Shown one piece after another: positions 11,387 to 22,153 of a stretch of DNA of 64,000 nucleotides. Numbering within the stretch: the stretch's first letter is position 1; every line of letters begins with the position of its first letter. The notes beneath the pieces were generated by a model. It was not told where the DNA came from and searched no databases. It saw only the letters and a list, made by a program, of their open reading frames with translations. The translations under genes were made by a program, and so were the position numbers. This DNA comes from Diplonema japonicum. Its lineage: Eukaryota; Protista; Euglenozoa: Diplonemea. The stretch is from assembly GCA_964019335.1 (NCBI GenBank), contig OZ025678.1, positions 186,001 through 250,000 on the forward strand, read 5' to 3'.

Positions 11387-12472
11387 ATGACGGTAGTTGT
11401 AACGGGGACCACCAGAGGTTACGGTGCAGTTGTGGCACAGGAACTAATGTTGAGGGGCTACTCAGTTCTGTGCACCGGAAGGGGTCCGGATGCGAGGAAC
11501 ATACACTCCGAGATGGTAAATGACGCCGAAAAGGAGCTCGAGTTCAGACGGGACGGCTTCAAGGACCGCACCGGCTTTGACCCGGAAATCGTGGAGGACC
11601 TACCAGAAAAACTCTCCTTCGGCTTCGCAGACCTTGACATCGCTGATAAAGACAGCATCAAAGAATTCACATCTTACATGAAAGCAAACACAGCCGGCGG
11701 ACCAATATACTTAATAAACAACGCCGCAGAATCGGCAAAAGGCTGGACCGACATCAACGTACAAAAATGCATGGACACAAATTTCTGGGGAACAGTACGG
11801 CTGACCGAATCCTTAATCCCCATCATGCCCGAGGGGTCCAGAATATTCCACGTTTTGTGCTCCTCAATGAAACCCCGGAGAGGGGGGTACCTCCCTGTTG
11901 GGGTTTGCTCCGACCTGCACGATGTGTCGAGGACTTATTCGGGAAACCTCCCTGGATTTTTCCAAAAAATCAAAAAGGACTACTCCCACGCCTTCACCGG
12001 GAAATCCATGGAGGGTCTGGAACACAGTCCTTACGCCCTTTCAAAAAGCTGTCTATATCTTTACGCTCTGATTCAATCTGAACTTCTCAAGTCCTCTCGC
12101 AGTATTCATGTGAACGGGATCTGCCCTGGCATCCTCGACACCAATCTCGCATTGTACCCTGCCGCTGGTAGGAACCCTTACAATTCGGCGTATCTCGTGC
12201 ATGAATTTCTAGAGTTCGAAAATGTACCTACTTACAACGCGAAGCTGTGGTACCGCTACAACAGGGAGTACCCGAATGGGAGGTTGATCACGGCTACCGG
12301 GATGCGGTCCTTGGAAGCAAACATCGACCCTTACTCCCCAGAGGGAGAGACGAAGGCCGCCGACAAGGTCAGCTCCTACCAGCTGCAACCCGACGACTGG
12401 CGCGTCAAATTCATCCAACAACGGCAACGGGAACAATCCTTGTTCGGACGGTTCAAGAACATGTTTTCCTGA
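11387..12472 (+). CDS. Short-chain dehydrogenase/reductase (carbonyl reductase-like)
   Basis: VVVTGTTRGYG (TGxxxGxG), LINNAA, TNFWG, YALSK (YxxxK), CPG..DT. Confidence 0.9.
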   Translation: MTVVVTGTTRGYGAVVAQELMLRGYSVLCTGRGPDARNIHSEMVNDAEKELEFRRDGFKDRTGFDPEIVEDLPEKLSFGFADLDIADKDSIKEFTSYMKANTAGGPIYLINNAAESAKGWTDINVQKCMDTNFWGTVRLTESLIPIMPEGSRIFHVLCSSMKPRRGGYLPVGVCSDLHDVSRTYSGNLPGFFQKIKKDYSHAFTGKSMEGLEHSPYALSKSCLYLYALIQSELLKSSRSIHVNGICPGILDTNLALYPAAGRNPYNSAYLVHEFLEFENVPTYNAKLWYRYNREYPNGRLITATGMRSLEANIDPYSPEGETKAADKVSSYQLQPDDWRVKFIQQRQREQSLFGRFKNMFS

Positions 12473-12537
12473 GGGAAAAAAAAATTTTTTTTTTTCTTCC
12501 TTTTAATGTTGTTTCCCTATTTCCACCTTTCAAGGTA

Positions 12538-13449
12538 ATGCCCAAGACTGCTTATAATGCCAAACCATCGCTGACGTCGGTTGTCTCACCCCTGGCTTAC
12601 ACCATCTATGGGGTGCACACCTACCCACGGTATTTAACTGAGAAGTTTGCCCCGTTGCCGGAAGCCGAGCGACATTTAAATGATTACATCGACAAACTAG
12701 AGGACGAGGTTGCGAGGGCAAAGGAAGCACGGGACACTATACGAGGGAAACTCGACCTGGTGAAGCAACACGTCCCCATTCACCCCAAAGGGTTCGGTGT
12801 CCTGCAGTGCAACGACCTGCTGGACGCCTTGTCCAGTGGCGACGACGACGGTGTCATGGAAGAGATACAAAACGTAGGAGGCGCTTACATGATGAAGGTT
12901 CTAGATGAAACCGTGTGCGCAAAGGTGATAGAAGAGGTCAAGGCATACGGCGGGAGAAGCAGCCCCGACGAATGGGGCCCACATGGAACGAAGCTTGTGG
13001 ACATGTTGTTTAACATGGTGATGAAACCATTGGGAGCAATGCTGTGGCCGGAGGTGTGTTCAGACCTCACTATGCGGTATTCCTTCACTGCGCATTACAC
13101 AACTGATGCCCAGGCTGCCTTGGACCTTCACTCGGATGACTCTGAGCTCACGTTGACTGTGCAGTTGACCTCTTCGTTCACAGGTGCAGGGGTTACCCTT
13201 AACAATACCCGTTCCCACCCGCAGGAAGGAACTCCCCAGACAACCCTTCTCCACAATGTGGTGGGGACTGCTCTTCTCCACCTTGGGCAACACCTCCACG
13301 AGGTGCAGCCCATTGAATCCGGCGAACGCATCGTCCTTGTCATCTGGGCACGGTCTGCCTCCTACCGTGACCGCCACTGCCCATGCTGCGCGAGGTTCAG
13401 AAGAAACAGATGTCTCATGAAACCAGAGTGGCCGTACATGAAGCCCTGA
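12538..13449 (+). CDS. 2-oxoglutarate/Fe(II)-dependent dioxygenase (OGFOD2/PLOD C-terminal-like)
   Basis: LDLHSDDSELTL (HxD), F.GAG, LLH.G.HLH.V.PI.SGER..LV.W; ATG at 12538. Confidence 0.85.
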   Translation: MPKTAYNAKPSLTSVVSPLAYTIYGVHTYPRYLTEKFAPLPEAERHLNDYIDKLEDEVARAKEARDTIRGKLDLVKQHVPIHPKGFGVLQCNDLLDALSSGDDDGVMEEIQNVGGAYMMKVLDETVCAKVIEEVKAYGGRSSPDEWGPHGTKLVDMLFNMVMKPLGAMLWPEVCSDLTMRYSFTAHYTTDAQAALDLHSDDSELTLTVQLTSSFTGAGVTLNNTRSHPQEGTPQTTLLHNVVGTALLHLGQHLHEVQPIESGERIVLVIWARSASYRDRHCPCCARFRRNRCLMKPEWPYMKP

Positions 13450-13590
13450 AAACACGACAATGAGAAGGTAGCCCTGCCTTAAGGCGAGGCCTTTGCCCAC
13501 TAGTCGATATCCTTTATCCTCCTTCTCTTTTTATGTTCCACAACCCTCGAACCAACCACAGACACGACACTCAAAAAATAAAATAAAAAA

Positions 13591-14532
13591 ATGAAGCATG
13601 ATATGAAAGGGCAGCCTACGGTGATCGTAGAGGACGTTGCAGATTACAGAGCGGCGATACCGCAGGTGGTGAAGGAAGGGGACTGTGTGTTGGAGGTGGG
13701 ATGCCATGAAGGGGTCACGACGAGGAGGATCGCGAAGGAAGTGGGGCCATCGGGCCGTGTGTACGGGGTGGACACGTCAAAGGTGTGCATAGAACGGTCG
13801 CAAGTGGTGTACAAGAACGAAGAAAACCTGACGTTCCATCTGGGGTCCGCACTCGACATCTCCTTTCTGTTGAAGCTCTCTGACAAGCGCTACGACGTGA
13901 TCTTTTTGGATATCTCCGGCAGCAGGGACTTGGAAACCCTTATCCCTCTTATGGAGTCCTACGAGAGCGCCTTAAAGCCGCGCAATCTAATTGTGAAATC
14001 CTTCCGACTGAAGCGATTATACGTAAACTGCACATTGTTCCAAATCCACCCCCCAGCACCAGGTGAAAAGGGCCCCAACGCCTACGGGACCGGCGAATGG
14101 AAAGGCGTAACACAAATTTCAAATGAGCCTCTACCTAAGCCCCCGAAAGCCAACGGGCCTTCTAAAGGGCATCTTCCTGTTAAGGAGGACGGTAACGTCG
14201 ATCTTGATCTGCTCCAGGCCAATGCAAAATGCAATGCCCACTTCTCAACGTGGGGCTCGGGCCAGACCGTTAGGAAGGAACGCAGAAGGCTTAAAAAAGA
14301 GGAAAAGGAGACCAACCCGATGCTCAGGGAGTGCAACGCCCGGCTCAATTCCACGCAGGGCTGCGAAGAGCACGAACGGTCACTCATCAACAAGGAGTAC
14401 AACCGTGTCCTTCTTGACGCCTCCCGTGCTGCCCGAACCGCCATCCGAGAAATCGCGAGGAAAACGGAAACCGGCCCCATCCTGCGGTGGTGCAAACCCC
14501 TCGGGAAAATCACATGGGAGAAGCGAGAGTGA
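13591..14532 (+). CDS. Class I SAM-dependent methyltransferase
   Basis: Motif I VLEVGCHEGVTT, GRVYGVDTS, YDVIFLD. Confidence 0.8.
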   Translation: MKHDMKGQPTVIVEDVADYRAAIPQVVKEGDCVLEVGCHEGVTTRRIAKEVGPSGRVYGVDTSKVCIERSQVVYKNEENLTFHLGSALDISFLLKLSDKRYDVIFLDISGSRDLETLIPLMESYESALKPRNLIVKSFRLKRLYVNCTLFQIHPPAPGEKGPNAYGTGEWKGVTQISNEPLPKPPKANGPSKGHLPVKEDGNVDLDLLQANAKCNAHFSTWGSGQTVRKERRRLKKEEKETNPMLRECNARLNSTQGCEEHERSLINKEYNRVLLDASRAARTAIREIARKTETGPILRWCKPLGKITWEKRE

Positions 14533-14688
14533 TTGAGGAAGAAAAAAAAATCCCTCCCCCCCCCTTCCCCATATCATCTTATCACGTTTTTTTATTTTCC
14601 ATCACGGTTCCCCAAATAAAAAAAAAAGAGGGAGGGGAAAAAAACCGTTTTAAAATTGCATCTCAGAGCGGGGGAGGGTGGGGAGGCG

Positions 14689-15005
14689 ATGCGTTTTGAT
14701 CTGCAGTTGAACCGAGAGGGGCGGTCGAACGTAAAGGCACCACAGCTGATGAACGAAGGCAAGAACCGTGTGAGGCGAAAGGAAGGGGTGGGGAGGGCTC
14801 TGGCGGCAGCAGGGGTTGCCGCCCCGTCAAGACGGCAGGTGCCCGTTAACAACCCGTACCCGAGCGCGATAGGACAGGGCGATGCTGTTGGGGGCGCGAA
14901 ACGGGCGACTTCAAGGTCAAGAAGCGTGCCCACAAAACAAGAACAACAACAAGTCTTTCACCCACCGCCACTGTTACAGCAACCTCCACCACAACAGCAA
15001 CAGCT

Positions 15006-15036
<31 letters not shown>

Positions 15037-15874
15037 CCTGACCCAGTTTTGATGTACACAGGACAGGTCATAGGAGGAGGGTACACAAGCACGCCAAGGG
15101 ATGCGGGCATCAATATCAGTGCTCCCAACACCCCTGCTTCGAACGCTTCTGCTCTGCCGCCAAAAGCCAAACGTAGGAGCGTGTCAACTGGTTCAGTGAG
15201 GCCGCCGAGAAAACCGTCCCCAGGCACCTTCTGCCAGGAACAACCTCAGAAGGTTTATACGAAATATAACTACGGTGTGAAGAGGGACCCACCACCAGTG
15301 CAGGTGTGCAGTACCCCAGTGAAGCAGCGGGAGAGATCTTCGACACCGCAGAGAGCACCTTCACCGCAAACATCGAATAGGGTACCCGACGCTGACGGGG
15401 CGTGGGAGAGGTTGGTGCAGCTTGCGAAGGATGATTTCAGTGGTGAGGAGCTAGCGATGCTGTATTGGGACACGCTGAGCAAGTTGTTGATGTTTTACCG
15501 TATTGAGGAGCCGATGGAGGTGGCGCGCATTGAGCTCACGTGGAAGGAGATTCAAGCTGCAAGGAGCGCTGCGGCAACAGAGCAACAGTCGCAGCCCCAA
15601 CAACCCTCTACTCCAATTTCTGTTCAACAAAAAGGTTGCCGTGATCACGCTTCGAAGCCGCCTTACACACCTTATACTTACACTGTTGTGCGAGATCAGG
15701 TAATGGGTGGGGAAAAAAAAAAAAAAAAAAACCACCCAGCCGTCCGTTACGAGAAACACCCGCTCCGGAACACCCGTCGTCACGCCGCAGCAGGAGTCAG
15801 ATGCACGCAGGGGCAACAGTTTAGGACGTAGCAATATGAGAAGTTGCAGCCCTGCACAGCGGCCTTGGATGTGA
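14689..15874 (+). CDS. Hypothetical low-complexity (polyQ, Pro/Ser) protein; exons 14689-15699, 15740-15874
   Basis: Long ORF. Removing GT-AG intron 15700-15739 eliminates a pure-AAA Lys run and gives a C-terminus ...AQRPWM* that stops immediately before the T-tract. Start codon uncertain. Confidence 0.7.
15700..15739 (+). other. GT-AG intron (40 nt) with G-run + A19
   Basis: GTAATGGGTGGGG-A19-CCACCCAG. Confidence 0.7.
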
Positions 15875-16497
15875 TTTTTTTTTTTTTTTTTATAGTTTTA
15901 TTTTTGTAACATGTCTCCCCCCCCCCCCCACTTTTTAAATCCCCTCATTTATATTACCTGTATTTTCTTTTTTTTTTTCTTTCTCTTTTCAATATTTTTT
16001 TTCAAAACAAAAGGATAAAGTAATAAAAAAACTTTTTTGCTGTAAAAGGGGAAAAAAAAAAAATATCCAGACTCCTGGGGCGTCCGGAACCTTGAATTAT
16101 AAGAAGTGGTAATGAAAAGCTTACAAAGGCACTGAAGATTTTTTTGGTTCTTGAAAAACCCGTAAGCACTGTTTGATTCGGTTTGATTTTCTCTTGGCAA
16201 CTGGAAACTGGTTCAGCAGGGAGGCCCACAACCCTTGAGGGGGAAAAAAAAAAAAAAACGCCCCCGCAGGAAAAAAATGTCCGGAAAGAAAATCATCCGG
16301 TCGGCCAAGGCTTCCGGTGATTTTCCTTCCTGTGATTTTTTTCCTTTTTACAATTTTTTTTTGTACCCCATCTCCTCATTCTTTTGCACGATTACTGTTG
16401 TTGGTCTTCTTCTTCTTCTTTTTTTTTCCCCCCCGTCGTATATCTTGCTCGTTCATACAGGGGGGGAAAAAAAATCGGGGATCTCAAAAATAAACAA

Positions 16498-16980
16498 ATG
16501 GACTCGGTTGATGACCCGTGCAGGGCAAATGTGATGAGTTTCACAAAACTAACCCCAATGCAAGAGCAGGCACAGAAACTGGCCAAAGATTCACTAGCAA
16601 AGATCCTCACCACAAAGGGCAGGGAGGCTCACTTAAAGGATCTAATCGTCGCTATGGAGGGGCACAGCCCAGAAGATTTCGACGAACCCATCAGCGCCTC
16701 GTCCTTCAGCGAATTTCGGTTCTACGCCACCCATATACAAAATATGGTGTATTTTCGAGACCAATTCGATTACCTCTTAAAGTGCATCGCCGCTGGCGTG
16801 TGCTTCGTAAGAGACCCAAAGAGCTTCATAGCAATCATCAACCAAGTACTCGATCCACCCAGACAGGACTTGCATTTTCCTGAAGAAGTCCTGTCTTATG
16901 ACGATTTGAAGCAAGCTGATGAGCAGCGGCGCATCGAACAGTTTGTCTTGAAGAAAGATTGGGTTTCAAAGTACCCTTGA
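16498..16980 (+). CDS. Hypothetical protein (160 aa)
   Basis: ATG after an A-rich leader, stop followed by a T-tract, coding-like composition. Confidence 0.7.
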   Translation: MDSVDDPCRANVMSFTKLTPMQEQAQKLAKDSLAKILTTKGREAHLKDLIVAMEGHSPEDFDEPISASSFSEFRFYATHIQNMVYFRDQFDYLLKCIAAGVCFVRDPKSFIAIINQVLDPPRQDLHFPEEVLSYDDLKQADEQRRIEQFVLKKDWVSKYP

Positions 16981-17125
16981 GTTTTTTTTTTCTTTTTTTT
17001 CTTTTTTCTTTTCTCTGTTAACACAGAGATGAATGATTTTTTTTTTTTTTTTTCCCGCCCCATCCAATGCCTACTCACCACCGACAGACAAAAAAAAGAA
17101 GAAAAAAAAAAAGAAAAAAAAAAAC

Positions 17126-18015
17126 ATGGCAACAGCACAGGTAATAAACACCCATCACGAACCCTGGTACCATGGACCGCACCATGGGTATCACCCAAAC
17201 CACCCTCGTGGTGGTTACGAACAGGGGTACCACCATGCTCCCCCGCCGCCACCGCCACCGCAAGCCGCTATGATCCCAGGGGGGAAGCCGGCGGGCCCGG
17301 ACTACCATCCGTTGGGGCAGGAGTTTCACTTTCACGCTCAAGACGGGTCAGGGTTTAAGGGGTACCACCACCCCCCTCAAATGGCACCCCCGCAAAGGAG
17401 GTTTGGGTACAATGGGAATAGAAGGGTTCAAGCAAGGGGTCCGGCGGTACAGCCAATTCCGCAGCAGCAACAACAGCAACCTCATTTCAACAAATGGGGG
17501 CAAAACCAGGAAATGCATGTTCCAAGTATTGAGCTTCTTGCAGCAGAGGTGGGCGTGGACGACCCTAGGGTGAAGACCGCAGCTTGGCGGGCGGTAGTTG
17601 TGGAAGTAAAGTTCAAACGGCGGGACAACGCCCTCTACTGGTACAGGACAGCATTGAAACCCGGTGAGGTTGTACTTGTATCTGCCGACAGGGGTTTCGA
17701 TATTGGCACCGTGGTTGCAACCACCACCACTGGGAACGGCGGGGATGAACCGCAGGAAACCGGGAAGGGGCAGCATAGCATCGTCTTCAGACCGTCAACA
17801 CCAAAGGAAACGGCAGCCTGGCTCGACCTGCAAGCGACACAAGAGGTACAAGCGGTGGCCAAGGCCTCAGAGATCTTGGAAAATATCACCACCCCAGAGC
17901 TTCAGGATATTAGTTTCGTCGATGCAGTTTTTCAGTTTGACGGTCGGAAGTTAACATTGTTCTATGTAACCTCCTCAACTGATTATAAGAACTACAGGTA
18001 TATTTATTTTTAGGG

Positions 18016-18047
<32 letters not shown>

Positions 18048-18272
18048 AGGCCCCTTCTAAAGCCTCTTTTCGATACTTTTGGATGTCGTATATGGCTTCA
18101 GAAAGTCACCACTGATGAAACGCAAGATGGAGATGAAGCACCGCAGGGAGCACCGCGAAGCCATTCTGAGGAATGCGAAACTGAAGAATCGCAAGCAGTG
18201 GAATCTTCACCCGAGTCAGAAGTGCAGCATGAGGAAGATGCACGATCGGGTACTGCGGGTTCTGAAGAATAG
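17126..18272 (+). CDS. PSP1 C-terminal domain protein (resembles kinetoplastid cycling-sequence-binding proteins); exons 17126-17997, 18050-18272
   Basis: VEVKFKR, V.V.ADRG.D.G.V, DAVFQFDGRKLTLFY. After intron removal the frame continues YRPLLKPLFDTFGCRIWL, the PSP1 'FR.L..L...F..RIW' end. Confidence 0.9.
17998..18049 (+). other. GT-AG intron (52 nt) with G-run + A31
   Basis: GTATATTTATTTTTAGGG-A31-CAG; splicing restores the PSP1 C-terminus. Confidence 0.9.
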
Positions 18273-18392
18273 CGAACAAGATTTTTTTTTTTTAAATTTT
18301 TTTTATAGTGGTTTTTTCCCCTTCCCCTTCCCCCCCCCCCTTTTTTTCAGTGGAGAGCGCTGTGTTTTTTTTTTTTCCCTTCTTTTTTTTAT

Positions 18393-19625
18393 CGCTCCAT
18401 ATTCGCTAAGTGACCCACCAGAACCCGCATTTTGAAGAGCTAAAAAAATTTCTAATTGCTTTTTCTAGGGTTGGAATGGATTTATTTGCGTCCGGGGCCC
18501 AATGTTCGACATATGGAATTTTTTTTTTTTGTAATAAATTTTTTTTTTGGTGATTTGCCTTACTTTGTACTATACAAAATGAAGCAGCTCCGGTGGAAAA
18601 AACACGGCACAAGTGGGGTTCGAACCCTGATGAAAAAACCACTGCGTCGGGATTCGAACCCGCGACTCCTGGAACAAGGGAGCCTGACAGGTGAGCACGG
18701 TAACCACACAGGAATTCAAAACTCTGACCCCCCATCTTTACTCACGCATCCAGCTTAGTGGGTAGACGCTTGATCCACCCGAAGTAGAAGTTTGTTTTTG
18801 CCTGCTTATGGCACTTCCACTCCGTCTGCTCTGAGATCTCACTTCTTGCCCTCTTTTGTGTAGTGGACCCGGTAGTGGAGCTCCTTGTGGCTGTACTCCG
18901 CTATCGCGATCCTGTCCATCTGGAGTCCTCGTTGTCTGAGGCTCTCTGCTGGCTGGAAGGGCTTGCTTGGTCTTTCCCTTCGAGTTGCCCGTGTGCTCTC
19001 AGGAGTAGGAAGTATTCTCCGGTCGTCGTCACTGCTTGTTTCATAGTCTCCGTTCCGTCGTCAGGCTGGTCATCAAACCAGGGCACGCGGGTCAAGGATC
19101 TTCCAACGCAAACGTGACCGGTGATCGGTGTAATTCCCACATAAGTACCTTCCAAGCAGAAATAACTTCTGCCCCAAAGGCAACGTCACTTTCAAATGAC
19201 TATGCCATTTGGACTGTACGTTGCCCTGTGGTGGACGGCGTAGACGCGCAGAGGCAAAGCCCCCCCAACTAGACTACTATGCCTTCGAAAATATTTTCGG
19301 CTGAACTACTCAGGTCAGGAAGATGCTGGCTTCTGGGATCGAACCCTGTTAACCATGTTTTTCAAAGGGAAAAGTGCCCAGTTGCAAAAGTTTGGCAAAA
19401 ATGGCCAAAACTCAAAATGGCGACTTCCAAGGTCATTTTGGTTGGCCCCCAATATTTGAAAAATCTTTTTGGAACTTCCTTGGAACTCACCGTTCTTTCA
19501 TGTTCGACATATGGATTTTTTGGAAAAAAAATTCAATGAACCTTTGGGCATTTTTGACATTTTTTCCCCTAGCCCCCTATAACCCCTTTGGGACATAGGG
19601 CGGGTCACTTAGCGAATATGGAGCG
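18393..19625. mobile_element. Non-autonomous DNA transposon with perfect 24-bp TIRs, flanked by TAT on both sides
   Basis: cgctccatattcgctaagtgaccc (18393-18416) / gggtcacttagcgaatatggagcg (19602-19625). Confidence 0.85.
18635..18710 (-). pseudogene. tRNA-derived fragment (Asp/GTC-like) or SINE head
   Basis: Minus strand reads GTGGTTA...CTGTCA...GCGGGTTCGAATCCCG (B box/T-arm) followed by T6. No intact acceptor stem. Confidence 0.45.
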
Positions 19626-20592
19626 TATATTAAATTAGTAAATTACCTTTATTAACTTTTAAAGAAAAAAAGAGAGTGGGGGAAAAAAAAAAAAAACAAG
19701 GTATTTTTGAACAAAAAAATTGAAGAAGTTTTTGTCAAAACTCTTTGAGGGGGGAAAAAAAACAAGGAAGAGAAAGAGAGAGAGAGAGCGGGCAAGAATG
19801 AGAAAAAAAAAACGTGGGGTGAGGGGGGGGGAAAAAATGAGGAAAAAAGAAAAAAATCGGTTTTTTTTTGACGCGGTTCCTTTTCTTTTTTTAAGTTTTT
19901 TTTTATTACACTCTTTTTTTTTTCTTTTTCTTTTTCTTTTTGGCTTCTTTTTTTTTTTATCCTCACCTTTTTTTTTTAAAAATCTTCTCACCTGTTTGAT
20001 AGTTTTCATAATTAAGAAAGAACGGAAGGGTGGAATGGAAAGAATGAGAAAAAGAAATGAAAAAAAAAGGAAGTTTTTCACTCCCCCTTTGGTGTCCCGC
20101 CCCCTTTTTCTTACACGATGAGTTTTTTTTTTTCAAGAAAAAGAAAAGAAGAACAAAAAAGAATAGCTATTGCATAGTGCAAAGTATTGTATGTGTGCTA
20201 TATGACAAAAAAAAAAAGAAGTTCATAAAACAAGTAGGCAGAGATTTAAAGAAAAAAAAAAAGAACTGCTTCCACTTGTCACCATTTGCTCCCCTCCCCT
20301 AGCCAATCGGTAGGAGTCATTCGATCTCTCAGGGAGAAAAAAAAAAAAAAAAAAAAAGAACAAAAGAAGAAGAAGAAAAAAGAAAAAGATTTTAAACAAT
20401 CGGGAGAGAAAAGCACGGTGAGTTCGGGGAAAATAAAAATAAAAATAAAAATAAATTTTGATTTTGCTGGTTTTTTTTTTTTTTTTCTTTTGGATTCCTT
20501 TCCCCCCCTTTTTTTTTTCTCCCAAAGAGGAAAAAAAAACAACAGGGGAATGAAAAAAAAAAATATTCTGAACCCCTTTCCCATCTTTTTTC

Positions 20593-20626
20593 TAAAGGTG
20601 GTCCTCAAGTAGGATAAGCCCTTAAG
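20593..20626. repeat. Short (~30-35 bp) dispersed repeat ending in CCTTAA; other copies at 33907-33935 and 47890-47924
   Basis: ggtggtcctcaagtaggataagcccttaag; gggtggtcaagtgggatttgccttaa; ggggttgtcctcaagtgggatttgcccttaag. Confidence 0.6.
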
Positions 20627-21165
20627 AAGCGCTTTTTTCAGCCACTGTGGGTCGTGCCTCTCTCCCCCCCACAATTTTCATTCCCCACCCAATTTTTCTA
20701 CCTTGGTTTTTTTTCTCTTTTTTTTTTTCTCTCTCTTCTCTCTTTCTTCTAAATTGCTCTCAGTTTCTTGTAAGATCTTAAAATAGAGACTTTATATTGT
20801 GCACATAAACATTTAAAAAAAAAGAAGAAAAAAAAAAAGCCTGTGCTCTATTCTTTAGTTCTTGCGGCTGTTGGGTGTCTTTTTCAGTTTTTTTTTTCCA
20901 GCCCCATCCCCTTCTCTCTCTCTCCCCTTATATTTTCTTTTTTTATTTTATTTTATATTCTTATTTCCCTTCCTTCCGCCCGTTCCTTTCTTTTTTTCTT
21001 TTTTTTTTTATTTATTACTTTTTTTTCTTTTTTTTTTTAAATAAGAGACCTATCCTAATTTTTATGACCTCTGTTCTATTATTATTAATAATCCCCCCCC
21101 CCCCCCCCTCGTTTGGTTCCTCACCATCAATTTCTACAAGAATTAAAAAAAAAAAAAAAAGGATC

Positions 21166-22074
21166 ATGGGCCGTGGCCGTGCATCAAGGAAGTACTGTTG
21201 CGGAGAATCTACAAAATTCAATGCCATGTCCAACTCAGGGAGTGAAGAGAAGACCTCTCTCGGGAAAACCCGCAAAAACCACCGTGAAAAAAGCTACAAA
21301 ATCACCAAAGAAGAGTCCCGAGAAGCATGGGGAACCGAAACTGTCCAATACGCAGGACAAGACGAATCCACAAAGAACCCTTGGATGGCCTACAAAAACT
21401 ACCTCGAAACTACCCGCGACTCGGAAAACCATGATTTTTCAGTAATAAAAATCCCATCAAAAGGAAACCCTCACAAGGCTACGTGGCGCATCGACCTAGA
21501 AAAAGGAACACTTACAGAACTCAAGGGATGGATCGGTAGCGAATTTTGTCTCATGAAGAAGAAACCAAGCTTCACAAATCTGACAACAGGTGTTGCTATA
21601 GTAAGCATAGGACACAATGTGAAAGGCCGCCAATACCCTGAAGATTCCTCACCCAGCACGACCGTGGAACTTGTGTTTACTGACGGCAACGTAAAGAGTG
21701 CTGTGGTGTTGGAACATGAGGTAAATGCATTGGTATACTGTCTTTGCTGCAAAAGATTTCCACCTATGGACGCCTGTGCAGAAGATGAGGTTGAGCTTTG
21801 TAATGTCTCTCAGACTGGAGGTCTTTTGACCCTTCACCCCGACCACCTTGAAGTCGTTTCAGCAACTCTCCACGCCCTCTCCGAGCCCTCCCCTCTGAGC
21901 ATCGCGAACCTAGCCCTGTCCCCCGACGCGCTGCACACCGGGCTCCCGCTGTTGGTGTCCTCCAACAAAATCGAAATACCCTCCACCGGGTTCGAAGACG
22001 GCACCGTGGTCTGCATGCAAACGAATTTATCGCAATACCCTGTTGTCTTCCGTCCAGGGGCGCGAGACACTTAA
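21166..22074 (+). CDS. Hypothetical protein, possible PH-like domain
   Basis: ATG after an A-tract. FSVIKIPSKG...WRIDLEKGTL resembles the first strands of a PH-like fold (weak). Confidence 0.7.
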   Translation: MGRGRASRKYCCGESTKFNAMSNSGSEEKTSLGKTRKNHREKSYKITKEESREAWGTETVQYAGQDESTKNPWMAYKNYLETTRDSENHDFSVIKIPSKGNPHKATWRIDLEKGTLTELKGWIGSEFCLMKKKPSFTNLTTGVAIVSIGHNVKGRQYPEDSSPSTTVELVFTDGNVKSAVVLEHEVNALVYCLCCKRFPPMDACAEDEVELCNVSQTGGLLTLHPDHLEVVSATLHALSEPSPLSIANLALSPDALHTGLPLLVSSNKIEIPSTGFEDGTVVCMQTNLSQYPVVFRPGARDT

Positions 22075-22153
22075 AAAAAAAAGTTTTTTTTTTTGTGTCT
22101 TCCCTTTTTTTAAAAAAAAAAGGGGGGGGTGTAAAAATTGAAAACCCCCATTA

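Noticed and set aside
12247-12537. Apparent overlap between the SDR and the 2OG oxygenase ORF
   Set aside because: The upstream part runs through a homopolymer spacer from a GTG; the ATG at 12538 after a pyrimidine tract and AG is more plausible.
19652-21044. Many poly-Lys/poly-Phe ORFs here and in other spacers
   Set aside because: They are translations of A/T homopolymer tracts. The same artefact gives false N-terminal extensions on several real ORFs (2563, 20875, 26226, 31545, 51725).
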